A model generated the notes under the pieces. The model did no database searches. It was not told the DNA's origin and saw nothing but the letters and a program-made list of their open reading frames with translations. The position numbers were made by a program, and so were the translations under genes. Positions 52,296 to 64,000 of a stretch of 64,000 nt of DNA are shown here, piece after piece. Source of the stretch: Malacoraja senta (Eukaryota); the NCBI GenBank assembly GCA_038087875.1, contig JAXLNO010000373.1, forward strand, positions 1 to 64,000. The letters are read 5' to 3'. Position 1 is the first letter of the stretch. Every line of letters starts with the position of its first letter.

Positions 52296-52969
52296 CTGAA
52301 GAAGGGTCTCGACACGAAATGCCAACTCTTCCTTTTCTCCAGAGATGCTGCCTGACCCGCTGAGTTACTCCAGCACTCTGTGAAACGTCACCTATCCATG
52401 TTCTCCACAGATGCTGCCTGACCCGCTGAGTTACTCCAGCACTCTGTGAAACGTCACCTATCCATGTTCTCCACAGATGCTGCCTGACCCGCTGAGTTAC
52501 TCCAGCACTCTGTGAAACGTCACCTATCCATGTTCTCCACAGATGCTGCCTGACCCGCTGAGTTACTCCAGCACTCTGTGAAACGTCACCTATCCATGTT
52601 CTCCACAGATGCTGCCTGACCCGCTGAGTTACTCTGGAACAGTGTACTTCTGTGCTTTGTAAGCTATACGGAACCACACTATAAATGATAAGGTAGACCA
52701 AAATGCTGGAGAAACTCAGCGGGTGCGGCAGCATCTATGGAGCGAAGGAAATAGGCAACGTTTCGGCCCGAAACCCTTCCGGGTTTCGGCCCGAAACGTT
52801 GCCTATTTCCTTCAGGGTTTCGGCCCGAAAGGTTGCCCATTTCCTTTGCTCCACAGATGCTGCCTGACCCGCTGAGTTACTCCAGCACTCTGTGAAACGT
52901 CACCTATCCATGTTCTCCACAGATGCTGCCTGACCCGCTGAGTTGCTCCAGCATTTTGTGTCGATCTCC
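52296..52969 (+). repeat. Composite pLTR-derived module, copy D
   Basis: About four 66-bp units, core at ~52638, inverted block. Flanked by agatattttgt (52285-52295 and 52970-52980). Confidence 0.85.
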
Positions 52970-54043
52970 AGATATTTTGTAAACCCCAGTAGAATCTTGC
53001 GTATATTAAGAGCAGATTTGCATGGTCAATTGAGGGAATAATCAGATCCACAGCAAACTAGTGTAAATTCGAGCAGGCGAAGGTAATTGCGAAGTGTTTC
53101 TTAATTAATTCTTGCAACACCAGTAAAAATAATTACCCAGTTTACTGATACAAAACAACATTCGAATCATTGTAATGGAGCAACTGGGCCGCATAAATAG
53201 ATGCATCAATGTCAGCGACAGCTTCCAAAGCCGATTATTTGTTTTGTTCAATCATTTTTTTTAGAAACCCGCGCTGTCACGGGGAGAACGTGCAAACTCC
53301 ACACAGGCAGCACCGGTGGTCAGGATCGAACCCGGGCCCGTGCGCTGTGAGGCAGCAACTCTACCGCTGCACCACACGCACAAATATGACCAACTGAATG
53401 GGCAAAATTGAATAAGATATAGACCTGGAATAATGATTAAAAACACTCCCAAATTACTCGGTGACACGGTGGTGCAGCGGGTAGAGCTGCTGCCTCACGG
53501 CGCCAGAGACCCAGGTTCCATCCTGACCTCGGCTGCTGCCTGTGTGGAGTTTGCACGTTCTCCCTGTGACCGCGTGGGTTTCCTCCGGGTGCTCCGGTTC
53601 CCTCCCACATCCCAAAGACGTGCGGGTTTGTGGGTTAATCGACCCCTCTGTAAATTTCCCCCTGGTGTGTAGGGAGTGGATGAGAAAGTGGGATAACGTG
53701 GAACTAGTGTGATCGCCGGTCGGCCTGAACTCGGTGGGCCGAAGGGCCTGTTTCCATGCTCCATCCTTCAACCAATCAATCAACCGATCAACGCAAACAC
53801 TGTGGTTGTAGCGGAGTGGCTGGGCAAAGATGTCAATGCCGTCTGGATGAGGAATAGCTGACAAGATTAAACAGCAGCTGTGTGAAGAACAGTCATCATT
53901 TTATGGACTCATTCATGATCGAACTATGAGCCAGAAAGGTTGTGTAGGAAAGAACTGCAGATACTGGTTCAAATCGAAGGTAGACACAAAATGCTGGAGT
54001 AACTCAGCGGGACAGGCAGCATCTCTGGAGAGAAAGAATGGGT

Positions 54044-54071
54044 GACGTTTCGGGTCGAGACCCTTCTTCAG
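54044..54071 (-). ncRNA. Minimal hammerhead-like motif, consensus copy, sense to EPHB3 pre-mRNA
   Basis: Minus strand reads CTGAAGA-A-GGGT-CTCG-ACCC-GAAA-CGTC. Confidence 0.62.
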
Positions 54072-54156
54072 ACTTTCAGTCAGAAACGTTAATGGTTTAC
54101 CGACTGTCCTGTTGTGTTACCAGTAGTTATCTTTGTTTAAACTCCCAGCGTTAGAC

Positions 54157-54779
54157 CTAAGTATTCACGGAGTACTAAGTATTCACAGAGTACTAAGTAT
54201 TCACAGAGTACTAAGTATTCACAGAGTACTAAGTATTCACGGAGTACTAAGTATTAATGGAGTACTAAGTATTTGGAGTACTAAGCATTCACGGAGTACT
54301 AAGTATTAATGGAGTACTAAGTATTAATGGAGTACTAAGTATTTACAGAGTACTACGTATTCACGGAGTACTAAGTAATCACGGAGTACTAAGTAATCAC
54401 GGAGCACTAAGTATTCACGGAGTACTAAGTATTAATGGAGTACTAAGTATTCAGAGTACTAAGTATTCACGGAGTACAAAGTATTCACGGAGTATTAAGT
54501 ATTAATGGAGTACTAAGCATTCACGGAGTACTAAGTATTCACGGAGTACAAAGTATTCACGGAGTATTAAGTATTAATGGAGTACTAAGTATTCACAGAG
54601 TACTAAGCATTCACGGAGTAATAAGTATTCACAGAGTACTAAATATTCACGGAGTACGAAGTATTCATGGAGTATTAAGTATTCAGAGTACTAAGCATTC
54701 ACGGAGTACTAAGTATTCACGGAGTACTAAATATTCACGGAGTACTAAGTATTCACGGAGTAGTAATTTTTCACGGAGT
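54157..54779. repeat. 18-bp minisatellite (~34 units)
   Basis: Unit gagtactaagtattcacg. Confidence 0.93.
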
Positions 54780-55096
54780 GCCTCCGTTTCTCCTCTGCGC
54801 GGTGAGGTGGGAAAGCGGGAGAGAGGGAGGGTGGTGAATCTGTGGAATTCATTGCCACTGGCGGCTGTGGAGGCCACATCATTGGATATTGTTAAGGCAA
54901 AGATAGATAGATTCTTGATTAGTACGAGTGTCAGTGGTTATGGGGAGAAGGCAGGAGAATGGGGTTAGAAGGGAGAGATAGATCAGCCATGGCGGAGTAG
55001 ACTTGAAGGGCCGAATGGCCTAATTCTGCAACTGGAATTTATGAAATTGAACCGCGTCAACCCTGGATTTTTATCGGGAAAACATTTTATCGGGAT

Positions 55097-55581
55097 GGTT
55101 TGGGAACAGCTCCATCCAAGACCTCAAGAAATTGCTGCGAATTGTGGACGCAGCCCGGACCATCGCACAAACCAACCTCCCTTCCACTGATTCCATTTAC
55201 ACCTCACGCTGCCTCGGCAAGGCCAGCAGCATCATCAAGGACCAGTCGCACCGTGGCCACTCCCTCTTCTCCCCTCTCCCATCAGGCAATAGGTACAGAA
55301 GTGTGAAAATGCACACTTCTAGATTCAGAGACAGTTTCTTCCCGGCTGTTATCAGGCAACTGAACCATCCTAACAACTAGAGTGCAGTTCTGAGCGATCA
55401 TCTACCTCATTGAAGACCCTCGGACTATCTTGGATCGGACATTGCTGCCTTTACCTTGCACTAAGCGTTATACCCTTTATCTGTGTTTGCTCATTTGTAA
55501 TCATGTGTAGTCTTACCGTTGACTGGATAGCATGCAGGAAAAGCTTCAAGTACCTCGGTACACGTGACAATAAACTAAACT
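55097..55581 (+). mobile_element. Rex1/Babar-type 3' end (second subfamily)
   Basis: IKDQSHRGHSLFSPLPSGNRYRS...DSFFPAVIRQLN plus the same 3'UTR. Confidence 0.78.
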
Positions 55582-56355
55582 GCCCCTGCATTCCCTCTCT
55601 CTCCCCCCCCCCACCCCTCCCACCTAAGTCATCCTACTAGTTCCACTGTTCTCAACCCTGTATCCTTCTCATTATCACCGCTTCCCCAGCCAACAATGGA
55701 CCATTGTGGGCTCCACCCTCGCATGGTCATCCGTTGCCGGCCTGATTTGTTCTGGACTTTTCCAACCTCCACCCCCCTCCCCCCCCCCCGCCACCCCCTC
55801 TATCTCCATCCTTAAGAAGCGTTCTCACACGAAACATCACCCATCCATTTTCTCCAGAGACGCTGCCTAATTTACCGTGCACTAAATTATTCCCTTTATC
55901 CTGCACCTGTACACCGTGGACGGCTCGATTGCAATGATGTATTGTCTTTCTGCTGACTGGTTAGCACGCAACAAATGCTTTTCACTGTACCTCGGTACAC
56001 GTGACAATAAACCAACGCAAACCAAACTAAACTAGACTAATCAACAGACAATAGACTAAACCAGGTGGTCCAAAGACACGGTGCTGGCTCGAAGGGCCGA
56101 ATGGCCTACTCCTGCACCTATTGTCTATTGTCTATTGACATTTGAAATACGCACACCAGTGTCCCAGTGTGGACTTGTGTTCAGCCTCTGTCGCCTTCCT
56201 TCCTGCCAGCTGTGGTTCCAAATCAATTTCCCTCCTGGGATAAATAACGTTCCATCTTATCGTATTGTAATCGTAAACTTGCTTCGGATCCACAAATCCT
56301 CAGCTGCAGCACGCCCAGCACATTGTCATCTCCCGAGGTTATACTTAGGGCAGAT

Positions 56356-57300
56356 GGACACAAGGTGCTGGAGGAACTCAGCGGGTCAGGCAGCATCTGT
56401 GGAGAACATGGATAGGAGAACATGGATAGGAATTTAGGAGATTGAGAGGGGATCTTATAGAAACGTACAAAATTCTTATGGGGTTGGACAGGCTAGATGC
56501 AGGAAGATTGTTCCCGATGTTGGGGAAGTCCAGGACAAGGGGTCACAGCTTAAGGATAAGGGGGAAATCCTTTAAGACCGAGATGAGGAAAAACTTTTTC
56601 ACACAGAGAGTGGTGAATCTCTGGAACTCTCTGCCACAGAGGGTAGTTGAGGCCAGTTCATTGGCTATATTTAAGAGGGAATTAGATGTGGCCCTTGTGG
56701 CTAAAGGGATCAGGGGGTATGGAGAGAAGGCAGGTACGGGATACTGAGTTGGATGATCAGCCATGATCGTATTGAATGGCGGTGCAGGCTCGAAGGGCCG
56801 AATGGCCTACTCCTGCAACTATTTTCTATGTATCTATGTATCTATGTGACGTTTCACAAAGTGCTGGAGTAACTCAGCGGGTCAGGCAGCATCTGTGGAG
56901 CGAAGGAAATGGGCAACCTTTCGGGCCGAAACCCTGAAGGAAATAGGCAACGTTTCGGGCCGAAACCCGGAAGGGTTTCGGGCCGAAACGTTGCCTATTT
57001 CCTTCGCTCCATAGATGCTGCCGCACCCGCTGAGTTTCTCCAGCATTTTGGTCTACCTTATCATTTATAGTGTGGTTCCGTATAGCTTACAAAGCACAGA
57101 AGTACACTGTGCCAGAGTAACTCAGCGGGTCAGGCAGCATCTGTGGAGAACATGGATAGGTGACGTTTCACAGAGTGCTGGAGTAACTCAGCAGGTCAGG
57201 CAGCATCTGTGGAGAACATGGATAGGTGACGTTTCACAGAGTGCTGGAGTAACTCAGCGGGTCAGGCAGCATCTCTGGATAGAAGGAATTCTTCAGACTA
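56356..57300 (-). repeat. Composite pLTR-derived module, copy E, interrupted by a CR1
   Basis: Reverse-complement core at ~57057-57112. A CR1 is inserted at 56431-56846 inside a 66-bp unit. Confidence 0.82.
56431..56846 (+). mobile_element. Young-looking CR1 3' fragment
   Basis: Uninterrupted ORF 56442..56747 and (tctatgta)n tail. Confidence 0.85.
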
Positions 57301-58723
57301 GTTTGGGAATTCCCGCACACATTTATCCATCATCATGTTTCAAACTCTTTACCTCTGACAATAGCTGTTGACAATATTATAGAACATAGAACTGCTTAGC
57401 ACTCTGGACTGCATGGTGGCACAGCGGGTAGAGCTGCTGCCTCACAGTGCCAGGGACCCAATCCTGACCACGAGTGCTGTCTGTACGGAGTTTGTACGTT
57501 CTCCCCGTGACCTGCGCGGGTTTTCTCCGGGTGCTCCGGTTTTCTCCCACATCTCAAAGACATACAGGTTTGTAGGTTAATTGGCTTCTGTAAATTGTCC
57601 CTAGTGTGTGTAGGATATAGACAATAGACAATAAGAGCAGGAGTAGGCCATTCGGCCCTTCGAGCCAGCACCGCCATTCAATGTGATCATGGCTGATCAT
57701 CCACAATCAGTACCCCGTTCCTGCCTTCTCCCCATATCCCCTGACTCCGCTATCTTTAAGAGCCCTATCTAGCTCTCTCTTGAAAGTATCCAGAGAACCA
57801 GCCTCCACCGCCCTCTGAGGCAGAGGACGGTGTTTCCTTGTCTCCGTTCTACATGGCTTAGAACTAGTGTGAATGGGTGATCGATGGTCGGCGTGGACAC
57901 GGTGGGCCGAAGGGCCTGTCGCCATGCTGTACCTGGAAGCTAAACTAAAGTTTGTAACTTACCTTGAACGAAACGGAAGCTGATCCTGCTGCGCTCACAT
58001 TTCAAGCACCAGGTCTCAGATCCAATGTAATGTTGAGTTGCATGTTTGTGAAAACTTGGAAGTGTCACCATTTAGAATAAAGGGGAGGCCATTTAAGACT
58101 GAGGTGCGAAAAAACTTTTTCACCCAGAGAGTTGTGAATTTGTGGAATTCCCTGCCACAGAGGGCAGTGGAGGACAAGTCACTGGATGGATTTAAGAGAG
58201 AGTTAGATAGAGCTCTAGGGGTCAGTGGAATCAAGGGATATGGGGAGAAAGCAGGCACGGGTTATTGATTGGGGACGATCAGCCATGATCACAATGAATG
58301 CCGGTGTTGGCTCGAAGGGCTGAATGACCTCCTCCTGCACCTATTGTCTCTGTTTTCTATTTTGCCAATTTACTTTCAAGCCCGATTCTGAAAATACACT
58401 GCGGCCTTTATGTGTGATGGCCTGCGCCAATACTCTCATTTTGTTTTGGTTTGGGGGTGGGGGTGGGGGGTTGGGGGGGTGGGGGGCAGGGAGTCGTTTA
58501 GTTTACACACTCTAAGTGTGGCCTTTAACTGTGGACTTGTAAAATTAATCGAGAGCGGGGGCCGATTTGGAATCCAGTCGAAGCGTTGGCTCCGCGCTGG
58601 TTTTCCACACTTCAGCGGGTTTCCATGGTATTTTGAAATCTTTCAAAGAGCGCATGAACCCGTTCCGTCTCACGTGAAGGGAGGGGAGTGTGTGGGCGGG
58701 GGAATGTGGAGTGGGCAATGTTG

Positions 58724-58755
<32 letters not shown>

Positions 58756-59252
58756 CCTCAGCCTCTCTTGGCTTTTCTCTAGGATTGCCAGGCAACACAA
58801 TGAGGCGTGAGCATCCACGAAGGCTGAAGAGAAGGACAGGCCGGGGAGAGTAATTGTGCGGTGACTCCCGAGGATGGACACAGGCGTGCAGTGGCCCGCA
58901 ACGGAACGATGTGACGGAGGTTAACAATGATGGAATCGCCCGGCCCTCTGTAGTAACCCGATAGTTAATTGCACACTACGCCATCTCCTTGCTTCAGTCG
59001 CCGCCTGCAACGCTCGGTCAGTTGTACAGGACAGTAACTGGCGGATATTTATAACGAGGGGAAGGGGGAGAAATATGACACTTTGTGAAAATGGTCATCA
59101 AAATTGGCTGATGAGCCATCGATCGTCTGGCTTGCCGCCCGCCTGACAATCCACAGCGAGCCTCGAGAAATGAAATGAAATGAAAGGCAGCAGAGGTTGG
59201 GGGAAGGAGCAGGCAGAAATGCAACTGCAAAGGATTGAAGATAACGTACTTT

Positions 59253-59852
59253 AGACAATAGACAATAGGTGCAGGAGTAGGCCATTCGGCCCTTCGAGCC
59301 AGCACCGCCATTCAATGTGATCATGGCTGAACATCCCCAATCAGTACCCCGTTCCTGCCTTCTCCCCATATCCCCTGACTCCGCTGTCTTTAAGAGCCCT
59401 ATCTAGCTCTCTCTTGAAAGTATCCAGAGAACCGGCCTCCACCGCCCTCTGAGGCAGAGAATTCCACAGACTCACAACTCTCTGGGTAAAAAATGTTTTC
59501 CTCATCTCCGTTCTAAATGGCTTACCCCTTATTCTTAAACTGTGGCCCCTGGTTCTGGACTCCCCCAACATCGGGGACATGTTTCCTGCCTCGAGCGTGT
59601 CCAAACCCTTAATAATCTTATATGTTTCAATAAGATCCCCTCTCACCCTTCTAAATTTCTTTCAACATATGACAGTCCCGCCATCCCGGGAATTAACCTG
59701 GTGAACCTACGCTGCACTCCTTCAATAGCAAGAATGTCCCCCCTCAAATTTGCAGACCAAAACTGCACACAATACTCCAGGTGTGGTCTCACTAGGGCCC
59801 TGTACAACTGCAGAAGGGCCTCTTTGCTCCTATACTCAACTCCTCTTGTTAT
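59253..59852 (-). mobile_element. CR1 3' fragment
   Basis: ORFs 59341..59646 and 59643..59858. Confidence 0.85.
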
Positions 59853-60390
59853 ATGCACAATACTCCAGCTCTAACGCTGCGCCACCGTGCCGCCCTTAAA
59901 GAGCGAGTCTTCAACGTCAGCGGCAAACGGGAGATCGCCACCACCTCGTTTCCCAACTCAGCGGCCAGTTTAGTTCAGCTTATGGCTGTCACGTGCACCG
60001 AGGTACGGTGAAAAGCTTGTTTGTTTGCGCGCTGTCCAGCCAACGAAAAGACTGTAGGATACATGTAATGGGAACACTTAAGATAGACGCACAAATCCTG
60101 GAGTAACTCAGCAGGTCAGGCAGCATCTCCGGAGAGCAGGAGAAAGGAACACTCATGGTGTGTCAACTAACCAACTTCCTGCCTGCGAACCAAAACAAAA
60201 TGAGAGTATTGTGCGCAGTCTTTCAGATATAAAGGCCCCAGTGTATGTTCAGAATCATGGTTTAAAAAATAAATCAGCAAAATGGTGGCACTACCAAGTT
60301 TTCCAAACATGTGAGTTAACAGTACATTGGATCTGAAACTTGGTGCTTGAAATGTGAGCTTAACATTTTAACAGACTGTGTACGACAGCA

Positions 60391-60487
60391 GTCTGAAGAA
60401 GGGTTTCGGCCCAAAACGTTACCTATTTCCTTCGCTCCATAGATGCTGCTGCACCCACTGAGTTTCTCCAGCATTTTTGTGTACCTT
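60391..60487 (+). mobile_element. Solo Penelope pLTR fragment starting at the hammerhead motif
   Basis: TSD tgtgtacgaca(g/a)ca at 60377-60390 and 60488-60501. Confidence 0.78.
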
Positions 60488-61548
60488 TGTGTACGACAAC
60501 AACCAGGCCACCCAGTGTACTGATAACAGATAGAGTTTTCAATAGGCAATAGACAATAGGTGCAGGAGTAGGCCATTCGGCCCTTCGAGCCAGCACCGAC
60601 CGCCATTCAATGTGATCATGGCTGATCATCCCCAATCATTACCCCGTTCCTGCCTTCTCCCCATATCCCCCTGACTCCGCTATCTTTAAGAGCCCTATCT
60701 AGCTCTCTCTTGAAAGTATCCAGAGAACCAGCCTCCTGAGGCAGAGAATTCCACAGACTCACCACTCTCCGTGTGAAAAAGTGTTTCCTCGTCTCCGTTC
60801 TAAATGGCCAACCCCTTATTCTTAAACTGTGGCCCCTGGTTCTGGACTCCCCCAACATGGGGAACATGTTTCCTGCCTCGATCTGATCGCTGATCCTAAG
60901 AGCCGGTATTTCTAAAGTCTAGTCTCCAAGTCTCCAATGATGGCTGGGCAAGGCTGCACATTGGCTGGTTAGAGGACAGTTTCATTCAGATTCTAAGAGA
61001 TATATTGACATTTCCTATACAAGGATACGCATTTCCCTGAATAATATCTGCCCCGTCATGTATGAAGTCATCGTGTTGGGGGGTGGTTTTGTTGAACTGC
61101 AGTTCATGAGAATCCTAAAACGAGTCGGCCTTGTCTGTGCATACACAAAAAGTTAAATTATCCGGCACTAATTCTTGCAAACTAGTTTCTCCCCTGGTTT
61201 AAAATGTTAATGTCGTCGGCGCCATAAATTTAAAAATGGTACGGTAATCTTACTGGTCTGGGTGGTCCAGAACAGAGGATCGCTAGACCTCTCCTTGAAA
61301 CAGAACAGTGGCCGGCTCCCATATCAACCACTGTCTCCGATTGTCATTTAAGATGCAAAATGAATTGAAATCTGGTCAACCTTCGACAGGCTCACAATGA
61401 GTTCACGCTCACTCTCGCAAAAGCCTCAAGATAGCTGGCATTAAAAACTCAAACTGGTGCAGAAAGGAAATGACTGTTTGAATATGGCATCAACATTCTT
61501 TGCCCGTACACACAAAACGTTTCTTCCCCGTCTATTACGTGTAACGCC

Positions 61549-62077
61549 TTGGGTTCGCCAACTTTCTCACTCCCAAATAAAGGGACGAAAGGTCAAAATA
61601 CGGGACAAATTCCCCTGACGGCAATTCGTTGAGCGACTCGGCCGTGGCTGGGTGGGTGAATGATGAGTTGGCCCCGGGTGCTGGACTGCACACAAAGCCC
61701 AGCCGGCAGGCGGGCCAGCTGAGGAGTTTTGGCCCGGGGGCCGCGCGCAAAGTTCAGCACCCCATCCAACTCATGAACCGATGATCGGCCGTGAGAAGGA
61801 GGGGTGGTGGAGGTGTTGGCGGTAAGCGAAGATCGGACAGCTGGCCGGGCTGCCGACCGACCAACGGGGCCACGGGCGAGGCGCTGCTGCTGCACTCCAC
61901 GGGCTGCACTACGTCGGGACGGGTGAGGCGGGGTTGGGCGCGGCGCTCCGACCCGACAGTCCCCTCGACCCAAGTAGTAGCAGTCAAATACGGGACAAGG
62001 GCGGTCCCGTACGGGACAAACCAATTTAGCCCAATATACGGGATGTCCCGGCTAATACGGGACAGTTGGCGACCCTG
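61549..62077. mobile_element. hAT (Blackjack-like) non-autonomous element, GC/CpG-rich
   Basis: gggttcgccaact ... agttggcgaccctg, repeated subterminal tacgggac, flanks gtaacgcc/gtaacata. Confidence 0.68.
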
Positions 62078-63332
62078 GTAACATATAACACATGAATGCA
62101 GATGCTAAGATTAACAGTGAAGTGTAGAAAATAAATTCTGGTTAACTTTTCAAACCTTCACCCACATAATAGGTCTAGAACTTTGGGAAACATTTTACTA
62201 ATGCATTGATTTCCAGTAACTTTAAAATGTAATATGGGCTGATTTGAATTGAATTGAATGGAATTGAGACCAAAGCATGGAAATAGGTCCTTCGTCCCAC
62301 CATGTCCACGCCAACCATCAACCATTCACAAGTTATAGGAGTAGAATTAAGCCATTCGGCCCATCCAGTCTATTCAATCATGGCTGATCTCTGCCTCCTA
62401 ATCCCATTTTCCTGCCTTCTCCCCATAACCCTTGACACCTATTCTGATCAAGAATTTGCCTATCTCTGCCTCAAAAATATCCACCGACTTGGCCTCCACA
62501 TCCTTCTGTGGCAATGAGTTCCACAGATTAACTATAACTTCCCTCTGACTAAAGAAGTTCCTCCTTACCTCCTTTCTAAACGAGCGCCCTTTAATTCTGA
62601 GGCTGTGACCTCTAGTCCTAGACTCTCCCAAAGTGGAAACATCCTCTCCACATCCACTTTACCCAGGCCCCATTCACACTAGTTCTATGTTATCCCACTT
62701 TCTCATCCACTCCCTACACACTAGGGGGCAATTTACAGAGGGGCCGATTAACCTACAGACCCGCACGTCTTTTGGATGTAGGAGGAAACCGGAGCAGCCG
62801 GAGGAAACCCACGCGGTCACAGGGAGAACGTGCAAACCCCACGCACACACACACACAGACAGCACCCCAAGGTCAGTATCGAACCGGGGTCTCTGATGCT
62901 GAGAGGCAGCTGAGATGCAGGCAGTTAAACAGGCGCACTTATCTCTATCTATGATTGGCCAATAAACTGAATGGTATCTTTGCCTTCGCTGAATGAGGTG
63001 CTATTTCCTGGGCCTTTTCCTGTCACAGTCACACACCATCAAGGACATTCATTCATCAGCAGTAGAGCTGGAGTCAGTCCAAATCACTGAACAATGAACA
63101 ATGCACAAACCCAGGGCTTCACCCATGTTACAATGAAGATTTAGTTCACTACTATTTTGCTTCTAAATCTCTCTCACACATGCTGGCATTTGCCCGATAC
63201 GTCACCCATTCCTTCTCTCCAGAAGCCAGACAAAAATGCTGGAGAAACTCAGCGGGTGAGGCAGCATCTATGGAGCAAAGGAAATAGGTGACATTTCGGG
63301 TCGAGACTCTTCTTCAGACCTTACAGAGAATT

Positions 63333-63608
63333 CAGCGCCGGAGACCCGGGTTCGATCCCGACCACGGGTGCTGTCTGTGCGGAGTTTGCACGTTCTCCCC
63401 GTGGCCAGCGTGGGTTTTCTCCGAGATCTTCGGTTTCCTCCCGCACTCCAAAGACGTGCAGGTTTGTAGGTCAATTGGCTCGGTAAATGTAAAAATTGTC
63501 CCTAGTGTGTGTAGGATAGTGTTAGTGTGCGGGGATCGCTGGTCGGCGCGGACCCGGTGGGCCGAAGGGCCTGTTTCCGTGCTGTATCTCTAACACTGAA
63601 ACTAAAAC
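63333..63608 (+). mobile_element. HE1-like SINE (5' clipped)
   Basis: B box ggttcgatccc, central domain and tail. Confidence 0.8.
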
Positions 63609-64000
63609 TTTACCCTCTGGCTAAAGAAATTCCTCCTCATCTCCTTTCTACAGGTACACCCTTTTATTCAGAGGCTGTGCCCTCTGGTCCTAGGCTCTCC
63701 CACGAGTGGAAACATCCTTTCCACATCCACCCTGTCCAGGCCTTTCATTATTCGGTAAGTTTCAGAGATCCCTCCTCATCCTTCTAAACTCCAGCGAGTA
63801 CAGGCCCAGTGCCGTCAAACGCTCAGTTTGGTTTAGTTGACTTTAGTTTAGTTTAGCTCATTACTGTCACGTGTACCAAGGTACAGTGAAAAGCTTTTTA
63901 GTTGCACGCTACAAGCCGTCCACGGTACGCAGATGTTTTTATGTTTTCATGTTAAATTTCTTCCTTAATGTCATGTTGTATTTTCATTAGTATTAGTGTG

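Noticed and set aside
52340..52640. 66-bp, 28-bp and 18-bp arrays as CRISPR-like arrays
   Set aside because: Head-to-tail units with no unique spacers, no cas genes, and a vertebrate intron context.
52255..52734. Recurrent ORFs MLPHPLSFSS.../SQSAGVTQRVRQHLWRTWIGDV as a protein family
   Set aside because: Incidental open frames in the pLTR-derived repeats (66 bp = 22 codons), with no splice signals or coding evidence.

Overview
Vertebrate genomic DNA, most likely a cartilaginous fish (skate/ray-like; inferred from HE1-type SINEs and HER1/CR1-type LINE tails). The whole window lies inside an EphB receptor gene, best matching EPHB3, on the minus strand. Two coding exons are visible: the Cys-rich/EGF-like exon (12176..12021) and the first FN3 exon (956..621). 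No ligand-binding-domain exon was seen, so 12177-64000 is read as part of one very large intron. The introns are dense with mobile DNA: CR1 and Rex1/Babar LINE 3' fragments, tRNA-derived SINEs, eight Harbinger-like MITEs, three hAT-like elements, two minisatellites and microsatellites, plus a 200-N gap. The most interesting signal is a Penelope-like system. One GIY-YIG remnant ties the very abundant 'gctggagaaactcagcggg...' repeat to a pseudo-LTR carrying a minimal hammerhead-ribozyme motif. Short copies of it insert on their own with 11-15 bp TSDs. One TSD-bounded insertion carries a copy of nearby host intron sequence, and a near-identical composite module built from this repeat occurs five times. 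All calls are by eye, no database searches were run, and repeat boundaries are approximate.
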